This document shows positions 11,467 to 23,521 of a stretch of DNA of 64,000 nt, one piece after another. The stretch lies in NCBI GenBank assembly GCA_976226885.1, contig OZ320318.1:73470001-73534000 (forward strand), read 5' to 3'. Below the pieces are notes generated by a model, which made no database searches, had not been told where the DNA came from, and saw only the letters and a program-made list of their open reading frames with translations. A program made the position numbers and the translations under genes. Positions within the stretch are counted from its first letter, which is position 1, and each line of letters begins with the position of its first letter. The stretch is from Iphione sp. A-MEVVRFRX5. Lineage: Eukaryota.

Positions 11467-14400
11467 GTGACCCGTCCTGGTGAAATGAGTCAGAGGTTGG
11501 AAAAAAATCAAATTTGAGTTATAAATTCCATCAAAAAATGCTGTTTCTTACTTTTCTAATGAGGTATAGGATGTCTTCCTACCATAATAATATAGTGATG
11601 CAACAAAGTTGTGGTAGTGATGTGGTTACATACCTTATATAAAAAAGTATCATTTCGGAACAACATCAGGTTCAGTTTCAGTGAGTTCTGGGAGATTGGT
11701 TGCCATATGGGAGTTCTCATGTTTTTCTTTTAATTTCATTTTTAGTGGGCAAATTTTGATAAAACCAGTGTGCTGTCAAAGTATAAAAAATGGAAAATTG
11801 TGTGAAGCACACTGGTGAAACATAAATGAGAAACTGAGATATTGGCCTTTGAAGTTTTGGTCGGCATACTCTACCACAGTCTTCCTTAAGCTACAAAATA
11901 CCAATGAATCATGCATTTTGAGACATTATATTTTATTCATGCCGGCCTCTGATAATGTGACAAAATCTCGCTCTGGAATGGAAACTTAACCTACAAAGGC
12001 AAGCACAATGTGTCGCAGTACCTCCATCTAGAAGCTTAAAAAGGGCTGTAGCTTGTTCCTGGTCTTGAAAAATAGTCTTTGTAGGTGCTCATGGTTGTCT
12101 TGGGTTGACTAAAAGCATAGTCTTGGAGGTTTCAATAAAAAAATAATTAAAAAAATGAACTGTCTTGAACCGAGTCTTTGTACAAATTATTAGTAAGCAT
12201 CTACTTGTTGTTTTTTATTCTAGTCAAGTAGACAATCAGACATTCAAACACAAACAGCAGAATAAGTTCATCTGGTCTTTTTTTGTTGACCATGACTCCT
12301 TTAGCAGGCTTAGGTTGTGGCTGTAGCTGTGGCTCTGGTTCAAAGTCAGAGTCCTGGTCCAAGCAGAAGCTCTCCATTTGTCTGAACATCTCCTCCTCCT
12401 CCTCTGAAATGTCTGGAGTTTGGGCATGCCCATGGCGCCTACCTCTACCTCTAACTCTGCCTCATGCAGGCCCTCCCCTGGAGGTCCTGGAGCTGCTCCT
12501 GGCTCTGTGTCCGACTCTGCTTCTGTCACAGGGGCTCAGAAACATAGGGCTTTGGGCACATGATGTCCTTGGTCTCCTCTGTGCAGAAGTCTCTGCTGTT
12601 CTTGAAGAGACACCACTGTCTCTTGGTAGATAAACCAGGGGGGAGGGAACAGGTGGAGGAAGGTCTCTGGGGACATCTTTGGGGTTAACACATAGCATTT
12701 TGAAAGTGTTTGGCTGGCTGTCTACATACTGACGGAAGGAGATAACCCCAGGGTTCTGGTTTTAGGACTCAAAATGGTAAAGTTACTTGATACCTTGCAA
12801 ACATTGGGCAAAAGGTGAAAGGAAAGCTTGCCAGGATGGCACATGAACATTCCCCAACTCATCACCAACAAGTTTTGGAACATTGACCTCATCCTGTGTA
12901 CTCTAAAGTACTGTGACAACTGGGATAGGCAGGAGACAGATTCATGGTGAAACTTCTGTTTCAGCAAACCGAAGCACCACTCTGGGACAAACTTTGTGTG
13001 CCCAGTAATAACAAAGTGAAGAGTAATTGTTTGGTGGTGACCAGTCAGGACCCTCCACATGAGATATGCTAGCACCCAATTGTTCTTGTTCTGGCCACTA
13101 CAGTTGTCACAGTACAGATCAATAGAGCATGACCCCAGATCAAACATCTTGAAATAGTGGTGTATATACAAGATTACAGCATTGGCTCCCTTACTCCCAC
13201 AGTGTCCCTCATCCATAAGACAGTTGACCTGTTTGGGAATAGCCTCATTACACAGCCCAAAGATACCCACCTTCCATGGTACTAGAAAATAAAGTGGCCC
13301 AGGCTGCATGGGGGAAGAAGGGAGATGGACCTGCTGGGCATAGTCAAAACTAATGTGAGTAGCTACGTCAACAACACAGGGTGGGTGTGGACCAAGGGCT
13401 GGGGCATAGGCTTCCTGATATATGGCCTTGGCATTCTTCACCACATTCTGATAAAACGTTCATTCTGCTGTTACTACCTCCAGATGTTTCTGCTGCTTCT
13501 TAGGTTTTGCTGCCTTGACTACCTCAGGGAGATTACTAGATGAGGAAATGCCCCTGTAGTTATGTTCACATTCCCAACATAGGTCAATTCTGGGATGGGG
13601 ACAAACTATACTGGGAAGAAGTTGCAGCCACAGATTCTGGAATGTAGAGCCTGCTACACACCTGCACTGAGACTCCTCCATAGCTTGATGATACAGTTTG
13701 TAAATGTCCGCCTTAGTGGCAGATAAGGGGAGGAAGAGGATATCATCATGCTTGCGGGTAGCTACAAGGCCATGTAGGACAAGGGCATTGGTTTCTGCAA
13801 ACGAGGTGATGAACCCTGCAACTCTCTGGATGTCAGTGAGGTGGAGGATCTTGGTTTTGGACTGTCTGCCACCAGCCCTCTTGACACGGGGGACAATGCC
13901 ATTGTCCTTATACCATTGAATGATGTTGGTGAGTTTGTTTTAGCTGATGCTGGGAGGTAAAGTGAAACAACCTTAATATCTAACCAAAACAGAAGGCCAT
14001 TAATGCAAGTGGGTTGTACCATCTAATTGGTGGGTGGTTGCATACTCCAAATCCATGACTCTCTGACATACTTATCTATTAATTAGAAATACTACTATTA
14101 CTACTATAAATACATGGAAATTATATTTTATCATTATGGTATCTGGAAGGAAAAAAGTACAAGGATAAGGTATACTCACGCCTACATAAACTTAAAGGTG
14201 TCCCTACAAATGACTTTGGAACAAATGATGTAGTGGCTGCGCAGAGCCCATTTCTCATGCTACACCCCTTTTCGCCCTTCTTCCACATTGATGTCATGGC
14301 AGTTATGTTTGTAATTGTGTTTATTATGTCTTGGAGTAGCAGGTCCTTTTCCCCTAGAAGAGATGGGTATTCATCAAGGTGAATAGGATTGTTATGGTTT

Positions 14401-15669
14401 TTTTTCTGGTAAGGTAAGGTTGACAAGTTAATAATAATGAATTAATAATTTTGACAAATGTCAAATTGAAGTGATCTTTAGAAAATGGTCACTGATGGTC
14501 TCAATAAGTTTTACAAGTTCGGGAAACAATAAGTCCCCAAAGAAAGCTGGAAAACTTTCTTGTCTCTCTGCCAACTCAGTTGCCGTGAACTGTTTGCTAC
14601 ACTTGTCATCATTATAGTGTTTGCAAGAACACCTACAGGATATATTCACAGTCATATGGTCAGTTTCCCATAGTTTAAAAATTTGTAGAATGACCCTTAA
14701 TACAACAGTAAAAACTAATTCTAACATATTCACAAGATACTTCAGAACCTGCAAGGCAATTTGCAATGACAGAGACAATGTTTTTGGTTTTTCCTTAGAA
14801 TGATGAGATCTACCGCAAGTCATCATTAATATGGATTAGAAATGGCCCTAAATATAATTGTAACAGTAGAAACCTATTCTGACAAGTTTAGAAAATACTT
14901 CAGAATCTGCAAGGGGATTTACCACTACAGAGAAAGTGTTTTAATAGGTTTTCGCTGTGAGCAACTGCAAGTCACCATTATGGCGGGTTCAAAAAACTCA
15001 CCTGAAGTTTATGCAGCATGTCCACTCATCTTTCAGGATCTCTTCTGCAGGATCAGGGACTACCAGTGGATCATCGACCTCCACTAAGGGTTCCTCCTCT
15101 TCCTCAAATTGTTCTTCCACCTCCTTGACATCCTCTTCCTCCTTCAAGCCTTCCGCTTCCTCTTCCTAAGAGAGTACTCATCAACAAGATTCCGCCATTG
15201 TGTTTCTACAGCCACCCCATCCACCAAGGCTTAAGCCCAATCCGTGGCCATGCTTGGTTATTGGCAGACACTTCACCATCTAAATGCTCACTGTGAAGCT
15301 AGATATTTAAAATGACCCAAACAAATGCATGCAGGAGGCTCTCGACAAATCAGCACACTGCATTCACTACACATAATCCCCATAGCAATGATTGCTTACC
15401 TCACAGCTCTCTTTAAAATGCCTGGTCATTGGTCTGAAAGAATGCACTTTCAAAATCTGAAGATGTCATTGGCTAAAGAACTATGTACCCTTTCAGCACA
15501 TACCTGGGAAGTATGTCATCGTAGGAGTCTAATATTTAAACACAGCAAACGTCAGATATGATAGACATGAAAACATTCAAAACCCCATTTTCAATCATTT
15601 GACCGACATCTGACTTTATCTCAGTTTCAGCCCCTGCGACTCCCAACTCATTTCACCAGAACAGGTCGC
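11467..15669 (-). mobile_element. Sola-superfamily DNA transposon (Sola1-type), 4.2 kb
   Basis: 24-bp TIRs (11467-11490 and 15646-15669, 21/24 match), a 4-bp ATTT duplication on both sides (fits the AWWT TSD of Sola1), and internal transposase motifs. Confidence 0.85.
12201..15198 (-). pseudogene. Sola-type DDD transposase, fragmented by stops and frameshifts
   Basis: Acidic N-terminus from ATG at 15198, P.IDLCWEC (13460-13681), and a catalytic region in ORF 12722-13444: SFDYAQQ, GSKGAN, YCDNCSGQNKN, GHTKFVPEWCFG (third acidic residue is E). Confidence 0.8.
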
Positions 15670-17009
15670 ATTTACACTGAGAGGTTATGGCCCCACGCCC
15701 ACTACAATACACATTTTTAGGGCTAAGCTCATGCAATCTGCTTCAAAGAAAAATAAAGGCCATTAAATATGCCGATAACTGAAGTTTCATGGACAACTGC
15801 ATCACTGGCAGCAATACAAAGGTCCCAGCATCATAGGCGTTGTTCTCATGTGAGAGTCAGGTAGCTCCACACAAATGAATGGCACGGACGGTGTAATTTT
15901 TACATATATCTATGCATTTGATTAGCACATATCACAGTGAAGCTTAAATCTTTAGCCATGTTCTACTTTTTTGTGAGCAAATATCGCAGCCCTCATGCGC
16001 ACCAATTGGAGTAAGGATATACGGTACACAGCACTTTGAGAGGGACCGCACTATTATTCGAACATAACACACTGTTTTAAAAATGGTTTTATATGGTTCG
16101 CATAATATGTTCTATTGATGAATACACTAATATTTGATGAAAAATATTTTGAATGGTCTTCAGAACATGAAAATATTATGAAAATAGGCTGTCCTTGAAA
16201 TTTTATCAAATATGAATATTTTTATTGACAAAATGATTTATTGTTTAAAACAAGTTTCCACATATCTCTGACATATTTGTGTTTGTGTTTTCGTTACCTG
16301 TGTGCATTAAATTGAAGCGTAGCGACATCTAGAAACTGGTATCTCTTGTGGATAAATGTGCGCTGAATTGACCTAAAATTAAAGCTTTGTGTAGGACTGG
16401 CCATTATGCTCGTAGTTCGCAGGTTTACGAGTCCGTTCTACAGAGGATGACTTGACCTCTTCATGGAAAATGTATGGTCTCTACTTGCCCATATAGGTCT
16501 ACATACCGTGGAAAAGTCACACAAATAGAGCTCACTGTAAGGTAGGCGCCATTAGACAACAACCTTTCTTTTTGGAGAGACAAGTACAACAGTGCATATC
16601 CTTTGACCTTGGATTTCTGAATAATATCATACTCCAGCTCCTGAGATTGTATAGGTCCAGGGACATTCGACTATATTTTCCTCACCAACAAAACTATCAA
16701 TAATATATGGTTATCAACTTACTTTTCATCATTTTGCTTTGGCACGCGTCATCCACAGTAGTTTTGTTCCACGTCATCGCCTCATGGAAAGCCACATTGA
16801 TTGTGGGGTATTCGCTTTCATCCCTCACGGAGAGACTCAACAGTTCCATTTAGAGTAGTTTACATACACGCATCCTGCTTTAGCTTATAATTTATTAGCA
16901 CTATATTCAGTTGAAAGCTAAAGGTTGGACAATAATGTGACCTCAACTCTGATGCTTGCCTACATTACCTCCTGTATATATATGTATATATGTATATATA
17001 TACTTGGCA

Positions 17010-17530
17010 CAAAACAGACATGCAATTGTTTGATCTATGTTGATCCGTGTGAGATTTGAACACTGGCCAAGTAGGAAGAACCACCTCTAGGCGCCAGATG
17101 AAGGGCGGCGCAGACATCAGGTTACTCCTCTGGACGTCTTCCAAACTATGCGACGCCCGAAGTATCGTTACAGTCTGTGACCATGTCTGTTTGTTTCCAC
17201 AGTGAAGCCCGTCATTTAATGATCTGTTGGAGCTTATCAAGATATATCCTAATACTAAAGTTACGCTTGTATATCTGCTGACTTGATGTGAGGAACACTC
17301 CACAATAACTCTTTGATGTAAGTTTCCCTAAAAGGACACCAACGAGATTCAGTAGGCAAATGAACTGATATTCAAACAAACATCTTTCACTACTCACTAC
17401 GTGGCTTTGCCTGTCACACCTATGTCGGTGGGGTATTTGTACTGTTACGCTGTTTTTTTTAAATGATGAAGACTGGTGAAGATCACCTTTTGGTCGAAAC
17501 GCCTGGACAATTGAAGCCGACGTATCAGAC
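17010..17530 (+). mobile_element. Penelope-like element remnant (GIY-YIG endonuclease end plus 3' terminal region)
   Basis: NCLIYVDPCE then TGQVGRT..R......ADIR across a frameshift resemble the PLE GIY-YIG motifs VIY.IPC and YIGQTGR. A TGATGAAGAC...GTCGAAAC motif lies downstream. Confidence 0.5.
17463..17524 (+). ncRNA. hammerhead-ribozyme-like motif (core probably mutated)
   Basis: ATGATGA-A-[GACT GGTGA AGA TCACC TTTT GGTC]-GAAAC. The canonical core is CUGANGA...GAAA; C3 is replaced by A and stem I is not evident. Confidence 0.35.
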
Positions 17531-19698
17531 TGTATGCTGTTGTGTTGGTATGTCTACACACTTATTTCGTATTCTATAAAAAGTAAATGTTAAAAAGGTT
17601 ATGTGGTTGAATATCACAACTAATATATTACCCATATTTTCCCCGAAGAAATTGTCAAATATCGCAAAAATGTATGATTTTAATTTGGATAGCCACATTC
17701 TCACAAATTCTAATTGTGAAGGATATACGTGTATCCTGCTTATTATTTCAGCTAACATAGTGTAAAGTGATGTTATAACGGCTTTATCTAGAGATGACTC
17801 GAATAATATCCACAGAGTACATTACACATGTGTTTTAATGTTGAAAAATAGATGTTTGACTTCAGAATACACTGACGTTGTACGACATATGTAACTTTTG
17901 ACTGATTTGAACTTGAATGCACACTATTTTGCTTTAATGTTACAAAGTATCTTATTTGCTTAATCTTATGTAGTTGGTAATTTACCGAGCCACGCATCGG
18001 TATAAATTACACAAATGGTGTAATAACCTGTTGATGTAGTAGATAGGATGGACGATTACGTGATATAATTTTGAGTGTAACGGACATTTTAAAGAGAGTG
18101 ATCATCCATACGAGGAGTTTATGTTGTTTAAAACACCCCCTCCCTCAGCTGTACAATACGTCAATAGGGCGCCGTAGCTCTCGTGAGTTCCACTTCCTGT
18201 CGTTGACGGGCTGGGCACAGGCAGTCATTTCTCACAATGCATTATGTATGGGACCAGATCTATGAATATCTCTAGAAGCTGAACCATTGTTCTGTTTTCT
18301 TCAAAATTTTCACTGATTATACACCTACCCCATATCTATGAGCATGCAAAAGCATTTTACTGTAATCCTATATTTTATTTTTTAATAAATTATTTTCAGA
18401 TCAAAATATTCTTTATCCTTAAACCTATACACATTTCAAATTTTAGGCAAAATCAATCAAAACTTATTGCTGTATAAATTGAAAATAATTATGGTATAGG
18501 CATTTCCCATAGCACTGTTTGGAGGCATGTGACCAGCTGTTTGAGTTTCCTGGGAATTCCCCACTTCTTGCACAGAGAACATGACTTACTCTGGGGCCCT
18601 ATTATGACAGAATGGTTTGGTGGTGCACGTGGCCTTCCACTTGAGAGAAAATCAAGGTCTTAAATGTAAGCAGTGTGTTTTAACCAAAAATATATGAAGT
18701 TATAAACACTGGAAATCTTGGAAAAAGGAGAAACGCAGTGTGGGAGGGGGTCTCCCTCATTAATTAATATCCAAAAGGATTTTTAAAATGCTAAAAGTGC
18801 TGTGAATTGAATGAAAGAATGAATGCAAGAATGAAACTCTAACCATTGTGCAGTCTCTCTTGCCAAGTGGATAAGAGCACTGGACTACAGTGTTATGCAA
18901 GAGAGAAGCCAATGTTAGTTTGAGATCCCAGGAGAATAGGGCAAGTTTTAAGTAACATATGAGAGTGAAAAGATGAAGACATACACACAAATAAAGTATT
19001 TGGGAGGATAGTAGGAACATAAAACAGCAACAGGTAGCAGGGATGCTTTACTAATGAAATAAGCTAAGGTCTTTGGCACCAGTCCTTCTTCTTAATGGCA
19101 ATCTTGCATAAAAGAATTGTCATCGGTAAAATAGGTCTCGCATTATTCGGTAAATTTTAACACATAAACTTGTCGACAGTAGAAAAGCTGACTTATTTTA
19201 GAGCTACCTAACGATATCCAAAATATTGAACAAATTCCACCCAAAATTTAATGCTTGATGTGAATAGACACAGGTACTAACCTACCCTCCTTCGATTCAA
19301 ATTACAAATTTCTCCGATCATATTGAAAATCCACTTTAGTAAAGCACATCCATTATGTTATAAAAGCAACACTATTGGCGCTAAAATTACTAAACACATT
19401 AAAGGCCCTTATAATCTAACCATGATTTTATAATATTCAATTGTTATAATCATATATTGTTATATATTGCGGAAATGTTGTTTATTCTTGAAATAGTAAA
19501 AATAGTAAAAAAAAGTTGTCCTCTACCTTATATGTCCATACAAGCATTTTATGTATGAGAGGAATTCAGGTTAGTTTAGTACTAATCATTTAGCTTGGTA
19601 CCAAACATTGGTTGATATTTTGCATGCCACGGTAACGAGATTGAAAAAAAATACCTGGGATTTTCTCTGCTGTGTCAATTTTGTCATAAAATTAAGAG

Positions 19699-19884
19699 TA
19701 ATTTTATAATATTAATTATAATAAATTATTATAATTATTATATTAATTATTATATCATAATATTAATTAATATCAATATTATAAATAATATTATAAATAT
19801 TATAATATTATTATAATTAATATTATAATATTAATTATAATATTAATTTTATTTTATTTTTGAATTATTTATTATAATTTTTTT
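19699..19884. repeat. near-pure A/T low-complexity block
   Basis: ~185 bp of ATTA/TATAA-type units with only 3 G/C bases, abutting the truncated end of the Gypsy array. Confidence 0.9.
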
Positions 19885-20146
19885 AAGCCGATTCCCCCTC
19901 GGTACCTTCGCCCCCTCCCCATAGCCTCGAAGGGGTGCGTACTGGGCGCGGCCTCCCAGTGGGCAGTTGTGCTGCTTCTCCCCCGTCAGTGTCCTCCGCA
20001 GTTGCCCTGCGGGTAACCCTCCGCGTCCCGGCTGCCGTGGCTGCTTTCAGCGGAGGGGGTGTTTGTTCCCTTTCAGGGCCTCGATTCGTCGGCCCCGAGG
20101 TTCCCCTCCGCATCCCACTTCTGACACTAATGTTGGCCTCCGCCAT
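19885..20146 (-). pseudogene. third, further truncated gag N-terminus
   Basis: Matches Gag up to EGESA, then runs into the A/T block. Confidence 0.8.
20112..20129 (-). other. 18-nt tRNA-Leu PBS with one substitution
   Basis: TAGTGTCAGAAGTGGGAT (TGG changed to TAG). Confidence 0.88.
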
Positions 20147-20344
20147 AATGAAGACGACATAAGTTGAGGAGAATGATGTTTATTGCTGAAGAGCTTCGAC
20201 ACAACTGACAGCGAATCCAACACACAACGCATTTATATATCAAATTGAAACCCTCCGCAGTATAAATAATACCCTCCGTGGTGCACCCTCCGCACCCTCC
20301 CCACCCTCCGCTAAATGGTCCTCCGCTTCCCCCCCTTCGCTACA
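20131..20344 (-). repeat. third LTR copy (214 bp)
   Basis: Near-identical LTR, preceded by a PPT and followed by a mutated PBS. Confidence 0.95.
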
Positions 20345-20360
20345 CTATCCCCTCCTTATT
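20345..20360 (-). other. polypurine tract of the miniature unit
   Basis: Identical AATAAGGAGGGGATAG before the third LTR. Confidence 0.9.
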
Positions 20361-20808
20361 AGTCCTCTCCTGTTTCCTCTTCCTCCTCCTCCTCCTCTTC
20401 TGACTCCTGGTGGGGGTCTTCCCCTTCGGGGAGTTCCTCCTCTCTTCCGGCTGGCTGTCCCTCCCCCAAGCCGGGGGCCCCCGCCGCCCCGGGGTCCTCC
20501 GCAGGGTGGGCCCCTGCCGAGCCATCTTCACCGCTCCTTGGGGGGGAAGCCAATTCCCCCTCGGTACCTTCGCCCCCTCCCCATAGCCTCGAAGGGGTGC
20601 GTACTGGGCGCGGCCTCCCAGTGGGCAGTTGCGCTGCTTCTCCCCCGTCGGCGTCCTCCGCAGTTGCCCTGCGGGTAACCCTCCGCGTCCCGGCTGCCGT
20701 GGCTACTTTCTGCGGAGGGGGTGTTTGTTCCCTTTCAGGGCCTCGATTCGTCGGCCCCGAGGTTCCCCTCCACATCCCACTTCTGACACCAATGTTGGCC
20801 TCCGCCAT
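20359..20808 (-). pseudogene. truncated gag N-terminus (149 aa) within the miniature unit
   Basis: Matches Gag up to EEETGED, then stops at the PPT junction. Confidence 0.85.
20774..20791 (-). other. 18-nt tRNA-Leu PBS
   Basis: TGGTGTCAGAAGTGGGAT, 1 nt after the LTR end. Confidence 0.92.
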
Positions 20809-20996
20809 AATGAAGACGACATAAGTTGAGGAGAATGATGTTTATTGCTGAAGAGCTTCGACACAACTGACAGCGAATCCAACACACAACGCATTTATAT
20901 AGCAAATTGAAACCCTTCGCAGTATAAATAATAGCCTCCGCGGTGCACCTCCGCACCCTCCGCTAAATGGTCCTCCGCTTCCCCCCCGTCGCTACA
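20793..20996 (-). repeat. 3' LTR of the full-length unit, shared with the first miniature unit (204 bp)
   Basis: Near-identical to 29209-29431 with fewer 9-bp repeats. Preceded by a PPT and followed by a PBS on the minus strand. Confidence 0.95.
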
Positions 20997-21012
20997 CTAT
21001 CCCCTCCTTATT
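20997..21012 (-). other. polypurine tract
   Basis: AATAAGGAGGGGATAG immediately before the LTR TG. Confidence 0.9.
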
Positions 21013-23518
21013 TTAATCCTGACCCAGGATACTGTAACATTCATGAACCTCAAATTCAACATCACCGGCGGTAAGAAACTCTAAACGAATGTCAAATTCA
21101 TCAATCTGGAGGCCTAGGGGCACCGGCCGCACCCCTCTATACCAGTCAGAGAAGAGAAACTCGGTCTCTCCCTCCGGGAAGCCGTCCTCCTCCCTCCTCT
21201 GTAAGCGGACACGGCTTTCAATTACTACACACATTCTACCCCGCCTCCGCGCCACTCGGCTCTTACCCACCGATATCAGAATTGTCCACCCCCGGGGGGG
21301 GTTGGGTTAATGAATTTACCGGCCTCCGGGAGGCCCACCGCAACCAGTCCGAGAGGGTAAGTGTTCGAGAATGACTGCCTTGATGGCCCCCGTTCGGAGC
21401 TGGCAACCGCGGGAGCCCGGTCTCCCCAGCGCAGGAGTTGGATTCTTCTTCCAAGCCTGTCGTCATGGGTTGGCTCGTTCGGGGAAGGGCGGCGCTGCCC
21501 CCTGCCCGACCGTTGGGGCCCGGTTCGGCGTGGGAGGAGGTCCCGTTACCACCCTTCCCGTGTTCGTCACCCTCCGCCGATTGGAGGGGCACCTTCCTTC
21601 CACCATGGCTAGGGCCCGGTTCGACCTGGGAGGTGGGCCCGCCACCGACCCTCCCGTGTTCGTCACCCTCCGCCGTTTGGAGGGGTACCTTCCTTCTAGG
21701 CTGGTCCGGATTTGGTGCGGCAGGAGGGGAGGTTTCGGTCCCTCCCCTCCCTTGTTCGTCACCCTCCGCCGATTGGAGGGGCACCTTCCTTCCGACGTGG
21801 GAGGTGGGCCCATCACCGACCCTCCCGTGTTCGTCACCCTCCGCCGTTTGGAGGGGTACCTTCCTTCTAGGCTGATCGGGATTTGGCGTGGCAGGAGGGG
21901 AGGTTTCGATTCCTCCCCCCCCTTGTTCGTCACCCTCCGCCGATTGGAGGGGCACCTTCCTTCTAGGCTGGTCAGGACCTGGCATGGCGGGAGGGGAGGC
22001 TTCGGTTCCTCCCCCCCTTTGTTCGTCACCCTACGCCGATTGGAGGGGCACCTTCCTTCCGACATGGGAGGTGGGCCCGTCACCACCCCTCCCGTTTTCA
22101 TCACCCTCCGCCGATTGGAGGGGCACCTTCCTTCCCGTTGGGCCGGGGGCTGAGGTGGTTTGCCCCCCAACCTTGCGGGGGGAGGGCTCGGCCTCCCCGC
22201 TTCTGGACCCGTCGCCTCTCACCGATGTCGGAGGCGCGCCAGGCTGACTCAAGGGGTGTTGATGCCTCGCCTCCCAATCCAAGACCTGGCGCGCAATTGG
22301 CCTCGACTTCTCCGCCTCCTCATGACCAATGGGAGTGAGGGGTTCGACCATGGGGTCTGCCTCCGCTTTCGCACCCTCCGTGTAGCACAGTTCTTGAGAC
22401 GGTTTCTCAGGGGTGGGCCCGTCCTCGCTGGACGGAATGGGGTGACCAACGAGGGAGCCAAAGGAAGACTCGCCCCCCTCCGCAGCCCCCAGCGGTTCAG
22501 CGCCCTCGGCGATTCCTCCCGGCTTCTCTGGGATCGTGGCGGGTAGGGCCACTGATGGAGGGTTCGCTGCGGCCAAGAGGGTGTCCATGTCTACAGCCCC
22601 GAATAAATCCTCCAGAACTTGGGCGGCTTGGTCGACCTCAGCTTGTGGCGCCTTCGGCGCCTTGCGTGCGGAGGAGACCAATGTCTGAATTGCAATACTC
22701 AGTTCATCTGGGGTTGGAGGCATCGTTGGAGTGCGGAGGAGTGGTGACGGTACCGACCTTGAATGGGTGGGAGTCTTGAGGAGCGGGGACATGGCCTTGT
22801 CTGGGAGTCCTCCGCTCTTGTCTGCGGCGAGCCCGGCTCGGGCAACCATCGGCCGACCAGAGGGGGCTTCCGTTCGCTGCCCCCCTTCCAGTAACTCCGG
22901 CGTGCGGAGGGCTGGCTTGGCGGGGGTCAGCCCCAGGCCTTTCCCCGGGGTGACCGGGCTGGACTCCGACCGACTGGGCTGGAGATCCGCAGTTCGTATG
23001 GCGGCCTCCAGGTCTCCCGCGGCGGACAGCAGCTTCTCCAGGGCGGTAGGTGTCACGGGAGGGTCAGCGGTCTCGGTGGCGTCGAGGCGGTTGATGGCCT
23101 CTTGGAGTCTGGCCTTCATCCCCTGGGGCGAGGTGGGGGAGGCGGGTGGCTCACCCTCCCCCTCCTCCTGGACAAGCTGGCGGACGCGAGGGTGCGTGGG
23201 GGGGTCGACCGCTGCCTCCGCCTCCCCAAGCTTCCTCTTCTTCGTCAAGGAGCTAGTCGCCGATGCCTTGGTGGTAGCGCTCCCCTCCGCGCTCGCCCCC
23301 TCCGTCTTCTTGGTGGGCATCAAGCTTTTAATCGTCACCTCCCCCGCTGGAGCGGCCTTGACAGGGGTAGACCTCGTCACCCTCTTCTCAGGTTCGACCT
23401 CCTTTTTCCGTCGGGCAGTCGTCTTGTGCACCCGGACCCGAGCCGCCGAGGGAGACCGGGAAGCGGGAGCACTCTCCTCCGACGAAGTCAGGATAGCCGG
23501 TCTCCGCCTCGGGCTCTC
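21013..23518 (-). pseudogene. long accessory ORF of unknown function (disordered region, 7 repeats, short C-terminal putative domain)
   Basis: ORFs 22031-23431 and 21263-21985 share one frame, split by GAG>TAG at 22031-22033. Removing one base of the G8 run 21294-21301 joins ORF 21013-21270, which ends next to the PPT. Confidence 0.65.
21562..22133 (-). repeat. 7 coding tandem repeats (RKVPLQ[S/T]AEGDE)
   Basis: CCCTCC-GCCG(A/T)TT-GGAGGG cores at 21570, 21666, 21762, 21837, 21933, 22029 and 22104, with spacings 96, 96, 75, 96, 96, 75. Confidence 0.93.
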
Positions 23519-23521
23519 TCA

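Noticed and set aside
16440-16760. LINE endonuclease remnant
   Set aside because: FDYIF and a possible SDH remnant are suggestive, but too little else aligns to support a call.
19050-19400. Integrase remnant continuing the old Gypsy fragment
   Set aside because: No DDE motif could be recovered in any frame.
21562-22133. CRISPR-like array (palindromic ~38-bp repeats with spacers)
   Set aside because: The spacers are related to one another, all periods are multiples of 3 inside an ORF, the context is a eukaryotic retrotransposon, and there are no cas genes.
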